Below are positions 27,613 to 35,232 of a stretch of 41,844 nucleotides of DNA, piece after piece. Position 1 is the stretch's first letter. Each line of letters starts with the position of its first letter. The notes below the pieces were generated by a model, which did no database searches, was not told the origin of the DNA, and saw only the letters and a program-made list of their open reading frames with translations. This DNA comes from an uncultured Syntrophobacterales bacterium (GTDB taxonomy: Bacteria > Desulfobacterota > BSN033 > WVXP01 > G020346125). The DNA lies in assembly GCA_964346935.1 (NCBI GenBank), contig CAYFXP010000278.1, positions 1 through 41,844 of the forward strand. Reading direction: 5' to 3'. The position numbers and the translations under genes were made by a program.

Positions 27613-28389
27613 ATGGAAAAGGTAGATCGTGACTGGTGGAAGACGCTTTTCGATGAAACGTACCTGATCACCGATGCCCGCACGGTATGCGATGAAGGAT
27701 TGACCTGCGGAGAAGTGGATTTTATGGAGCGGGCCCTTAAGTTGAAGAGATGCTGGCCCATCCTTGATCTCTGCGGGGGGCAAGGACGACATTCCCTGGA
27801 ACTTTCCCGCCGGGGTTTTCAGAATGTGACTGTCCTGGATTACTCCAAGGTTCTCATCGCCCTCGGGAGGGAAATGGCCCGGAAGGAGGGCCTTAATACC
27901 CTGTTTATGCGGAGGGATGCCCGGAAGACAGGCCTTCCCGGTCAGAGGTTCAAGGTTATCATCGTCATGGCCAGCTCCTTCGGCTATTTCGCCGATGAAG
28001 GTGAGAATGAGAAGATCCTTCGAGAGGCGTTTCGGTTACTCAAACCGAAGGGATCTCTCTTCTTGGACCTGCCCCATCGGGAGTACGTATTGAAGAATTT
28101 CAGCCCTCAATCCTGGCATGAAGCCAATGAGGAGATCGTGGTCTGCCGGAAAAGGAGCTTGGATGAAGATATTGTGTACGGTCGGGAGATGGTTATCTCC
28201 AAAATGAGGGGTATGATCCGGGATTCAACATACTGCACCCGCCTCTATAGCCCAGAGAAGATCACAAAAATGCTGAGCTCAGCGGGTTTTGCTTCCGTTG
28301 TGATTCAAAAGGACTTCGTTTCCCATGGGGAAGAAGGGGACTATGGGCTCATGACAAATCGTATGATCGTGATTGCTGACAAGAAGTAA
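27613..28389 (+). CDS. Class I SAM-dependent methyltransferase
   Basis: The start is 3 nt after the upstream stop. Motif I ILDLCGGQGRHSLEL, with post-I LDYS and LLKPKGSLFL. Confidence 0.8.
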   Translation: MEKVDRDWWKTLFDETYLITDARTVCDEGLTCGEVDFMERALKLKRCWPILDLCGGQGRHSLELSRRGFQNVTVLDYSKVLIALGREMARKEGLNTLFMRRDARKTGLPGQRFKVIIVMASSFGYFADEGENEKILREAFRLLKPKGSLFLDLPHREYVLKNFSPQSWHEANEEIVVCRKRSLDEDIVYGREMVISKMRGMIRDSTYCTRLYSPEKITKMLSSAGFASVVIQKDFVSHGEEGDYGLMTNRMIVIADKK

Positions 28390-28451
28390 CATGTTCCCTA
28401 GCGAAATCGGTCCACCTTCGTAGTTCCCACGATTCCAATGAGATAGATAAA

Positions 28452-29285
28452 ATGGCCACCCGTATCCAAATAGTATCCCATGAGGAGGTCGAGGAGGGAT
28501 TCTTAACCCGGATTCGAACGTGGGCCAGCGAGGTCTTGGAGAGGGCAGGGTTCCTGTCTCCGTCTAATCCTCTGTGCATAACGATTTGGGGGACCGTAAA
28601 GAAGCTGCAGGCCTTTTACCGCGAGGAAAAGGAGGCCCTCGGTGTTGTTACAGGAGAGGAAATGGATTTCTTGGCCACCCACGATGCGTGGAGGGGCTAT
28701 CCTAGGATTCACATCTGTCAAGAAAGGCTGAAGGGAATCCCCGACGTCATCGTTCAGGGCGTTGTTCATCACGAGATCAGCCATGCCCTGTACCATGGCA
28801 CCCCTGAATACTACACCTTCCGATTCTCAAGCAGGCTCCAGGAGGTGGGACGTTCCCATGGTCTGGACCTACCCCTCCTGCAGCAATTCGTCTACTTGCT
28901 GTCCGTGGCTATCAAAGATCGGGAGGTAGTCCAATGGCTTGCCACAATAGGACTTGGTTTCAGCCAGGTGGCCCTTCTTGAGCACCTCATGTATGATATT
29001 GAAGAGGAGCGGCGGATCTGGGAGGTATTTCGCGGCTCTCCTCCCCTGAGGAAGATAGCCTTCGCATCTTTCCTCAAGACCCTGCTGCCCATTGAGGCCA
29101 TGATTTCGGCCGGAATCGAGGATGGCGAAGCCCTCAGGAATCAATGGGATAAAGCCTACGGATGGCTTTCCCAAAACGAGCGGAAAGATCTCTTCCGATT
29201 GGCGCAATGGATCATGAATCACGAAGGGGAGACATTTCAAGGGCGATTGGAACAGGCAGTTCTTCGGCTTATCAGCGGCTGTTGA
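28452..29285 (+). CDS. Hypothetical protein with a zincin-type HExxH motif (putative metallopeptidase)
   Basis: GVVHHEISHALYH, with HEISH at nt 28770-28784. I recognise no family. It is the last gene of the operon and is convergent with the GMC gene. Confidence 0.5.
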   Translation: MATRIQIVSHEEVEEGFLTRIRTWASEVLERAGFLSPSNPLCITIWGTVKKLQAFYREEKEALGVVTGEEMDFLATHDAWRGYPRIHICQERLKGIPDVIVQGVVHHEISHALYHGTPEYYTFRFSSRLQEVGRSHGLDLPLLQQFVYLLSVAIKDREVVQWLATIGLGFSQVALLEHLMYDIEEERRIWEVFRGSPPLRKIAFASFLKTLLPIEAMISAGIEDGEALRNQWDKAYGWLSQNERKDLFRLAQWIMNHEGETFQGRLEQAVLRLISGC

Positions 29286-29307
29286 GAGGTGGGTATCAGG
29301 CCCCTTT

Positions 29308-30759
29308 TCATCGCAGTATGGCATCCATAGCCTTTTCCGCAACGGCCGCAACAGTCAAGGCAGGGCCTACAACTGTGGCACTGGGAAGGACGCTTGCATC
29401 AATAACGTGGAGGTCGGGATTATTCTTAACCTCCAGGATTATGGGATCCACCACTGATCCCATCTTGCAGCCCCCGATAGGGTGTGCGGTGTAAAGCCTT
29501 CCCGTTAGGTCATAGTCGGTAACACCGACGTCCGCTTCCATCTCCCTGAACGTATCCTTTAACTTCTCATAGACTGGGGAAATTGTGTAGCTGCTGGACT
29601 TCCGGACCGCCACATTACCCTTAGAATCCAAGTCGATGCTTATATTCCCCTGATCCATGGAGATAACGGCTAGCATGAGAAGCCGGCCTCCATAGTTTTT
29701 CAGTGTCTGCTTATACTCCTTCCCCCAGAACTGCGGTGGCTCCGTAAGTGATTCGAAGGTCCCCTTATACTTAACCGCCGGTCCGATGGGAGGTACGTGC
29801 ATATCCACGATAATAAAGTCCCCGCGGGTCTCCCGGCAAATTCTGCTCATTGGCCTTCCCACGTGGGTACTAACATCCGTTCCCTCTGGCAGGATTCCCC
29901 CGACGGGAATATCGCCATTTCCGGATATCCCCTGTCCCAGATCCTTATCTGGAAACGAATTGAGGAATGGTTTCGAACGCATCAATAGGGCTGGCGACTC
30001 GGGGCATCCCGCTGCAATTACTACCTTCTTTGCCCAGATGGAATTGTCCGGCCAACCTGTGATGAGATGATAATCGCGATTAACTGACGTGGTGCGGCGA
30101 TAGTAAACCTTGTAACCCTTAAAGGCCTTTGTGACAAAAAGAGCCTTGCAGCGTTCTGCAAAGATTGCCCCAGCTCTTTCAGCCTCGAGAATGTATGATC
30201 GAGCCATATCCATCTTCGCGCCGAATGTGCACCCCATGGTACACCACCCGCATTCTTTGCAGTCCACACTTCCCACTGCTAAATTTCTCAAAACCAAATC
30301 GCTGAGGCCCAAATTCATGCATACTTCGTCCATAACCCATGCCCGTGGGGGTGTGGAATCAGGCTCATGCACATTGAGATTAAACTCCACCCTCCCATAA
30401 CAACCGGTCAAGTTCTCTGGATGATAATCGTATGGCCATTTGTCAAAAACCGGATGATTTTTCCAGACATCCTCTGGTATTCGTTCCAGAATCCCGCAAT
30501 AGACAAGGCTTGTTCCTCCGATGCCCATACCTTGGGTAATTACTACAGGGCTCAGTTCAATTAAATAACTGGACGGATAATCACGGTAAAGTCGCGCGAT
30601 ATATTTTGGATCTTGGGTCCGCTCGAAATCATCGGTTGACCACCTCTCTCCCATCTCCAAGACCACGACTTCTTTGCCAGATTGCGCAAACCTGAGCGCA
30701 GCAATGGAACCTCCAAATCCAGACCCAATTATTACCACATCAGCGCATTTAGATTTCAT
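29308..30759 (-). CDS. GMC-family FAD-dependent oxidoreductase (large subunit)
   Basis: Rossmann motif DVVIIGSGFGGS. C-terminal GMC active-site region AHPIGGCKMG...LHVIDASVLP. ATG 30759 was chosen because it sits just downstream of the small-subunit stop and after GAGGGGGG; the longer ORF from 30855 would overlap that gene. Confidence 0.8.
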   Translation of the reverse strand: MKSKCADVVIIGSGFGGSIAALRFAQSGKEVVVLEMGERWSTDDFERTQDPKYIARLYRDYPSSYLIELSPVVITQGMGIGGTSLVYCGILERIPEDVWKNHPVFDKWPYDYHPENLTGCYGRVEFNLNVHEPDSTPPRAWVMDEVCMNLGLSDLVLRNLAVGSVDCKECGWCTMGCTFGAKMDMARSYILEAERAGAIFAERCKALFVTKAFKGYKVYYRRTTSVNRDYHLITGWPDNSIWAKKVVIAAGCPESPALLMRSKPFLNSFPDKDLGQGISGNGDIPVGGILPEGTDVSTHVGRPMSRICRETRGDFIIVDMHVPPIGPAVKYKGTFESLTEPPQFWGKEYKQTLKNYGGRLLMLAVISMDQGNISIDLDSKGNVAVRKSSSYTISPVYEKLKDTFREMEADVGVTDYDLTGRLYTAHPIGGCKMGSVVDPIILEVKNNPDLHVIDASVLPSATVVGPALTVAAVAEKAMDAILR

Positions 30760-30766
30760 ACGCAGA

Positions 30767-31336
30767 TCACCCCCCCTCATTTTCCAGGGGTTTTTCCCAC
30801 CATTCGTAGGGGAATCCCACGTAATCAGTTCCAACCCTGTTGATGACCCCCCCAAAGAAGGCTATTTTGGCCACGTTGATGGTCATCCGATAGGCAGGGG
30901 AGAGAATTCCCCAAGGGCCACCGCGAACCTCTCGGTCCAGAAGGGCCTCCTCCCGATCCTCGCAATCCAGATCGATAAACCTCTTTCGGTATCGGAGGTA
31001 GCAAAAACAATCAATGTCCCAGGTAATGGAGGGAATAAAAGGCCTCACTTCGTAAAATGGATCCTTTATGAGTTCCCAGGCACCGGCCTTGACAGCTCCT
31101 GGCTTCCATTTCCATTCGCCGTCTTCCAATTCGAGGGTAGGAGGTACCACGGTATCGGCAATGCATTCCATGGTTTTCTGTTGATGTTGAGTAAGACAGT
31201 CTGAGGTACCCAATGATTGAGGAGTCTCAGGTACCGTACCGATTCCTATAGCTGTACCTCCGGCGATGATTCCGCCCCTTCCAGCCTTCTTTAAGAAATC
31301 CCTTCTCGTGATCTTACTCGTCAGTTTATCTGGCAT
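30767..31336 (-). CDS. Tat-signal small subunit (gluconate 2-dehydrogenase subunit 3-like)
   Basis: Twin-arginine signal TRRDFLKKAGRGGIIAGG, RBS GGAGGG, located immediately upstream of the GMC gene. Confidence 0.65.
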   Translation of the reverse strand: MPDKLTSKITRRDFLKKAGRGGIIAGGTAIGIGTVPETPQSLGTSDCLTQHQQKTMECIADTVVPPTLELEDGEWKWKPGAVKAGAWELIKDPFYEVRPFIPSITWDIDCFCYLRYRKRFIDLDCEDREEALLDREVRGGPWGILSPAYRMTINVAKIAFFGGVINRVGTDYVGFPYEWWEKPLENEGG

Positions 31337-31602
31337 TTCTTACCCTCCGATTTCATATGATGTCGGTACGAGACCAACCTCAGACTCTACTCCCACAGGG
31401 GGATGTTCCACCCCTTGAAAAGCTAACAGTATGAGCAACACCATCGTAGCATACTTCGGAATTCTGTCAAATGAGGTTCCCGTGACTTAAGTTCCCTCTG
31501 AATGAGAACTGGGGGGCCATTGGTTTTGGATTTTCAGGGAACTCCCCTTTGACAGGACGGGTCTAATTCAGTTGGGAGAAGCTTGGCCATGCTTTTTCCT
31601 TA

Positions 31603-31631
31603 TTGTAAACACTACCCTGCTTTGCTACTAT
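31603..31631 (+). promoter_or_regulatory. Weak candidate sigma-70 promoter (TTGTAA-17-TACTAT)
   Basis: The hexamers and spacing were read directly from the sequence. It lies about 75 nt upstream of ATG 31708. Confidence 0.25.
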
Positions 31632-31707
31632 AGGCCCATGAGCACTTAACGTCGTTTTCAGTTGAGAAGGACGATCCTTACACCTACAGACATTGGAGGT
31701 TCCAGTT

Positions 31708-32481
31708 ATGTTTGATCCGTCCATATACATCCCTCCAAACAAGAGCCTTGTCTTGGATGGGGTCACAAAGCGATTCGGGTCGGTTACCGCTGTGGATAGG
31801 GTAAGCTTCATGACCGAATACCGTGAGTTTCTGGCCGTTGTAGGACCCACGGGATGCGGGAAGACCACGCTGTTACGGCTGATTGCCGGCCTGGAAAGAG
31901 CTAACGAGGGTCACATCTATATCCATGGCCAATGTGTGGACCGCGAAAGGCCAGGGAACCGAAGGGTTCGCATGGTCTTCCAGGACAATGCCCTCTGGCC
32001 TCATATGCGGGTTTTTGACAGGGACAGATACAGCAACCTGAGTTTTTCAATGAAGATTCGAAAACATTTTCGTAGAACAATAGAGGAAAGGGTCAACGCC
32101 ATCGCTGGCCGGCTCGGCATTGGGAAAAACCTCTACCGCCGAAAGCCCGACCAGTTATCAGAGGGTCAGAAACAGATGGTTGGAATTGGAAGGGCCATGA
32201 CCATTGAGCCAACAATCTTCCTGATGGATGAGCCGCTGTCCAATGTGGACCCCCAGAATAGGCTTGCCCTCCGGAGGGAGTTGAAGGACTACCACATAGA
32301 GACTGGAGCCACGACTATCTATGTGACCCACAACTTACCGGAGGCATTCGCGTTGGCGGATAGGGTGGCTATGATGCAGGAGGGGAGTGTCATCCAGCTC
32401 GATTCTCCGTCTAAGATCCGCAGCAATCCGACCAATCAGTTTGTGAAGGACTTTCTCCGGTGTTCGGAGATGTCAAGTTGA
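31708..32481 (+). CDS. Stand-alone ABC transporter ATP-binding protein
   Basis: GGAGG lies 8 nt upstream of ATG 31708. Walker A GPTGCGKT, signature variant LSEGQKQ, Walker B FLMDEP, H-loop VTHN. No adjacent permease or binding protein. Confidence 0.8.
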   Translation: MFDPSIYIPPNKSLVLDGVTKRFGSVTAVDRVSFMTEYREFLAVVGPTGCGKTTLLRLIAGLERANEGHIYIHGQCVDRERPGNRRVRMVFQDNALWPHMRVFDRDRYSNLSFSMKIRKHFRRTIEERVNAIAGRLGIGKNLYRRKPDQLSEGQKQMVGIGRAMTIEPTIFLMDEPLSNVDPQNRLALRRELKDYHIETGATTIYVTHNLPEAFALADRVAMMQEGSVIQLDSPSKIRSNPTNQFVKDFLRCSEMSS

Positions 32482-32595
32482 CGGAATCCCAATCACCACA
32501 TTTCAGCGGAAATTTGTAACGGAATTCTTTGCCCTCAGCCGAATGCTTCCAACTTCATAATGCCCAAAAGCTTAGCCCTTCATAAAAAAAAGATT

Positions 32596-33265
32596 GGAAA
32601 CGAGATGGGCCTTTCCCTGATTGGTTGAAGGAGCTGAAAAAACAATCATATTCGATCTCGGGGCGAGGGGCCTGTACTTCTCGGGAATATGGAAAGGCTC
32701 AAAATTGACCCTCAGTTGATAGATATGGTAGTTTTCTCCCATATTCACGGCGACCATATCGGCGGACTATCCCACTTTTTGGAGGAAAACTCCAGCGTTA
32801 CGGTCTATATTGTCGCCATCTTTTCGAAAAGGGGGTTAAAGAGGAGGTCGAGAGGGCCGGGGAGAGATTTGTGGAGGTTGGGGGCCAATAGAAGTTTGTA
32901 AATATGGTGATTCGGCGGAGGAACTTGGGGGCTGGCTAAAAGAGCAGTCCCTTGTAGTAAAAACAGCAAAAGGATTGGTAGTAATTACAGGTTGTGCTCA
33001 TCCGGGGATTGTGAATATCGTCAAGAAACCAAAAGGAATGCTTAAAACAGACATCTCCCTGGTAATAGGGGGGTTTCATTTAGGCGGGATGAGTTCCCAG
33101 CGAATGGAGGAAATCGTCAACGAAATGAAAAGAGAACGAGTTAAGAAAGTAGCTCCTTCCCACTGTACGGGTGATCTCGCAAGAAAGCTGATTTAAGAAA
33201 CTTACGGGAAAAACTTTATCCTCGCAGGCGTGGGAAAAAGGATAAACATAAAGGATGCCTTCTAA
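32596..33265 (+). pseudogene. MBL-fold metallo-hydrolase pseudogene (multiple frameshifts, degraded N-terminus)
   Basis: Family-typical pieces are spread over all three + frames: GLSL..VEGAEKTIIFDLG, IDMVVFSHIHGDHIGGL, FEKGVKEEVERAG, LVVITGCAHPGIVNIV...VIGGFHL...APSHCTGD, then ...NFILAGVGKRINI. I infer at least 4-5 frame changes, several of them at homopolymer runs. Confidence 0.7.
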
Positions 33266-33310
33266 TTCCCCACGGTTCGCCAAGAAAATTTGGGAGGAGA
33301 GATAATTCGA

Positions 33311-34462
33311 ATGAAATGGAATCCCTTTGTCTTCCTTGCCATAGGGCTTTTCTCTTGGTCAAACATTCATGCCGGACCCCTCAAGCCCGCCCATTTCCCC
33401 TCCCTCGTTTCATCTCTCACGGTAAAAACGTCTCTGGAGTTTTGCGAGGAACGAGTCCCGGTGGATATTCAGGAGGTCCGGGAACGGCTCGAAAAAGAGC
33501 TGCTGCTTTCTCTGTGGGATCGTCCCCAGGTGATTCTCTGGTTGAAGCGCTCCCGCCGCTATTTGCCCTATATTGAAGAGATGCTAAAAAGGGGTGGGAT
33601 GCCAGAGGATCTCAAGCACGTTGCCATTGCGGAGAGCGCCCTCCGACCTCACGCGGGCTCGAGAAAGGGGGCGATAGGATTCTGGCAATTCACGGAGTAC
33701 ACCGGCCGGAAATATGGTCTTGTTATCAACGAACGGGTCGATGAGAGACGGAATATCTTCGCCTCCACCCAGGCGATGATCCGGTACTTTAAGACCCTCT
33801 ACCAGGCTTTTGGATCATGGACTCTGGCCGTTGCCGCATATAACATGGGTGAAGGGGGGCTTATGGCGGAAATCCTGGAACAGGGAACCAATAAGTATTA
33901 CCAACTGTACCTCCCGCTTGAAACCCAGCGGTATATCTTCAGGATTCTTTCTGTAAAGCTGATTTTCTCCGACCCGGAAAGATATGGCTTTGAGCTCTCC
34001 GAAGATGATTACTACCCCCCTCTACAATTCGATCGGATTCGGGTGGACTGTTCTCAGGATACTCCGATCCGGATTATTGCCCAGGCAGCGGAAACCCATT
34101 TTAAGACCATCAAGGACTTGAATCCGGAAATTCGAGGGCACTACCTGCCCCAGGGAAGCCGTGAGATTTTGATACCCAAGGCAACCTCAAAGGGTTTCCA
34201 CGCCCGATACGAGGATTTCCTCAGGCAATGGTTAGCGGAGCAGAAGGAGCGGATCTATGTAGTTAAGAAAGGGGATAACCTTTCCTCCATCGCCGAGCAA
34301 TTCAATGTCCCCGTGCTGGCCATCATCTTTTGGAATCGCATCGACCCAAACGAACCCATCCACCCAGGCGATGAAATCATCCTTTATCGTAAGGCCCCGA
34401 AACCAGCCGGAATCGACGAAGATGAGGATGAAACCGAAGCTAATTCTTCCAGGAATGACTAG
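33311..34462 (+). CDS. Lytic transglycosylase (SLT domain) with a C-terminal LysM domain (MltD-like)
   Basis: Signal peptide. SLT catalytic region AIAESALRPHAGSRKGAIGFWQF...AYNMGEGG. LysM: YVVKKGDNLSSIAEQFNV. Confidence 0.8.
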   Translation: MKWNPFVFLAIGLFSWSNIHAGPLKPAHFPSLVSSLTVKTSLEFCEERVPVDIQEVRERLEKELLLSLWDRPQVILWLKRSRRYLPYIEEMLKRGGMPEDLKHVAIAESALRPHAGSRKGAIGFWQFTEYTGRKYGLVINERVDERRNIFASTQAMIRYFKTLYQAFGSWTLAVAAYNMGEGGLMAEILEQGTNKYYQLYLPLETQRYIFRILSVKLIFSDPERYGFELSEDDYYPPLQFDRIRVDCSQDTPIRIIAQAAETHFKTIKDLNPEIRGHYLPQGSREILIPKATSKGFHARYEDFLRQWLAEQKERIYVVKKGDNLSSIAEQFNVPVLAIIFWNRIDPNEPIHPGDEIILYRKAPKPAGIDEDEDETEANSSRND

Positions 34463-34743
34463 CCCCTAGCACGCTCTTCGCATATAAAAAGCCATCAATG
34501 ACCTCTCCTTGGGGTGAGTCGTATAAGCACATTCTGTCGTAACACGTCGGCCAGCCCTGCCTTACGCAATGTATTGTCCTGCGCAAAACCCCAGAAATCT
34601 CTATTAGATTTAAAAAACGTGGAGATAGTCAGCTCATTACGTTTCCGCCTTGAGATTCAAGAATATTAACCGTAGTTTCCGGACTTTCAGACCATGTGTT
34701 TCCGTAATCCCTTGATGATCTTTCCTTTTTCGCCCTTTACTGC

Positions 34744-34912
34744 AGAATATCATCGTTCCTCCCCTCCGACGCTCCCGCAGTGACCCTTTCGGGGTTCGCA
34801 GGCGGGGAATACTTACCCCTTCCGGCCTCTAAAGGGCCGGCTTTCCCCTCCCTGCTCACCCTCGAAGGGTACCCCACTGCTCCCGCGAGTCGCTCATGAA
34901 CGATGGTATTCT
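34744..34912 (+). other. GC-rich structured element of about 170 nt bounded by 15-nt inverted repeats (candidate ncRNA or MITE-like element)
   Basis: agaatatcatcgttc (34744-58) pairs with gaacgatggtattct (34898-912); the single mismatch would be U-G on the + strand. Internal hairpins: ccggcc-tctaaag-ggccgg, accct-cga-agggt, and gcagg(c)gggg with cccct(c)cctgc. No ORF of 60 aa or more in any frame. Confidence 0.35.
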
Positions 34913-35039
34913 CCTTAGACTCCTGAAACTCCGAAATATTAATTGTTGTATTTAAAATAAAAGTGCATTATATTTGTGCCGGTAAAGGTGAACTATTTTC
35001 AAACCGAAGGAACGGAAGGCCTTCTTGACCGGGCTTCCA

Positions 35040-35206
35040 GCGCGCAAGGAGTTACGAGATGCTCACGGCCTTCATTGAAGGAGGGCAAGTTGGTCGACCT
35101 GATCGTTGTTGACGATGATCCGTTGGAGGACATTGGCCTCCTACTCAGTGCGGAGGCCATTCGCCTGGTGATGCAGGGCGGAAAATTGGTCAAGGGAGAG
35201 TGGTGA
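35040..35206 (+). pseudogene. C-terminal remnant of an amidohydrolase-family gene
   Basis: ...LKEGKLVDLIVVDDDPLEDIGLLLSAEAIRLVMQGGKLVKGEW-stop matches the usual amidohydrolase C-terminus (GK.ADL.V.D.DPL.D...). No matching upstream coding sequence is present. Confidence 0.5.
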
Positions 35207-35232
35207 GGGCTTTCAAACAAAGGAGGTGAACC

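Noticed and set aside
34744-34912. The structured element identified as a known RNA (RNase P, SRP/4.5S, tmRNA, cobalamin riboswitch, group II intron domain V).
   Set aside because: None of the hallmark conserved strings is present on either strand. I looked for GAGGAAAGUCC, the GGAA-tetraloop SRP helix 8 context, the B12 box and the domain V consensus. A 6S-like or MITE identity remains open.
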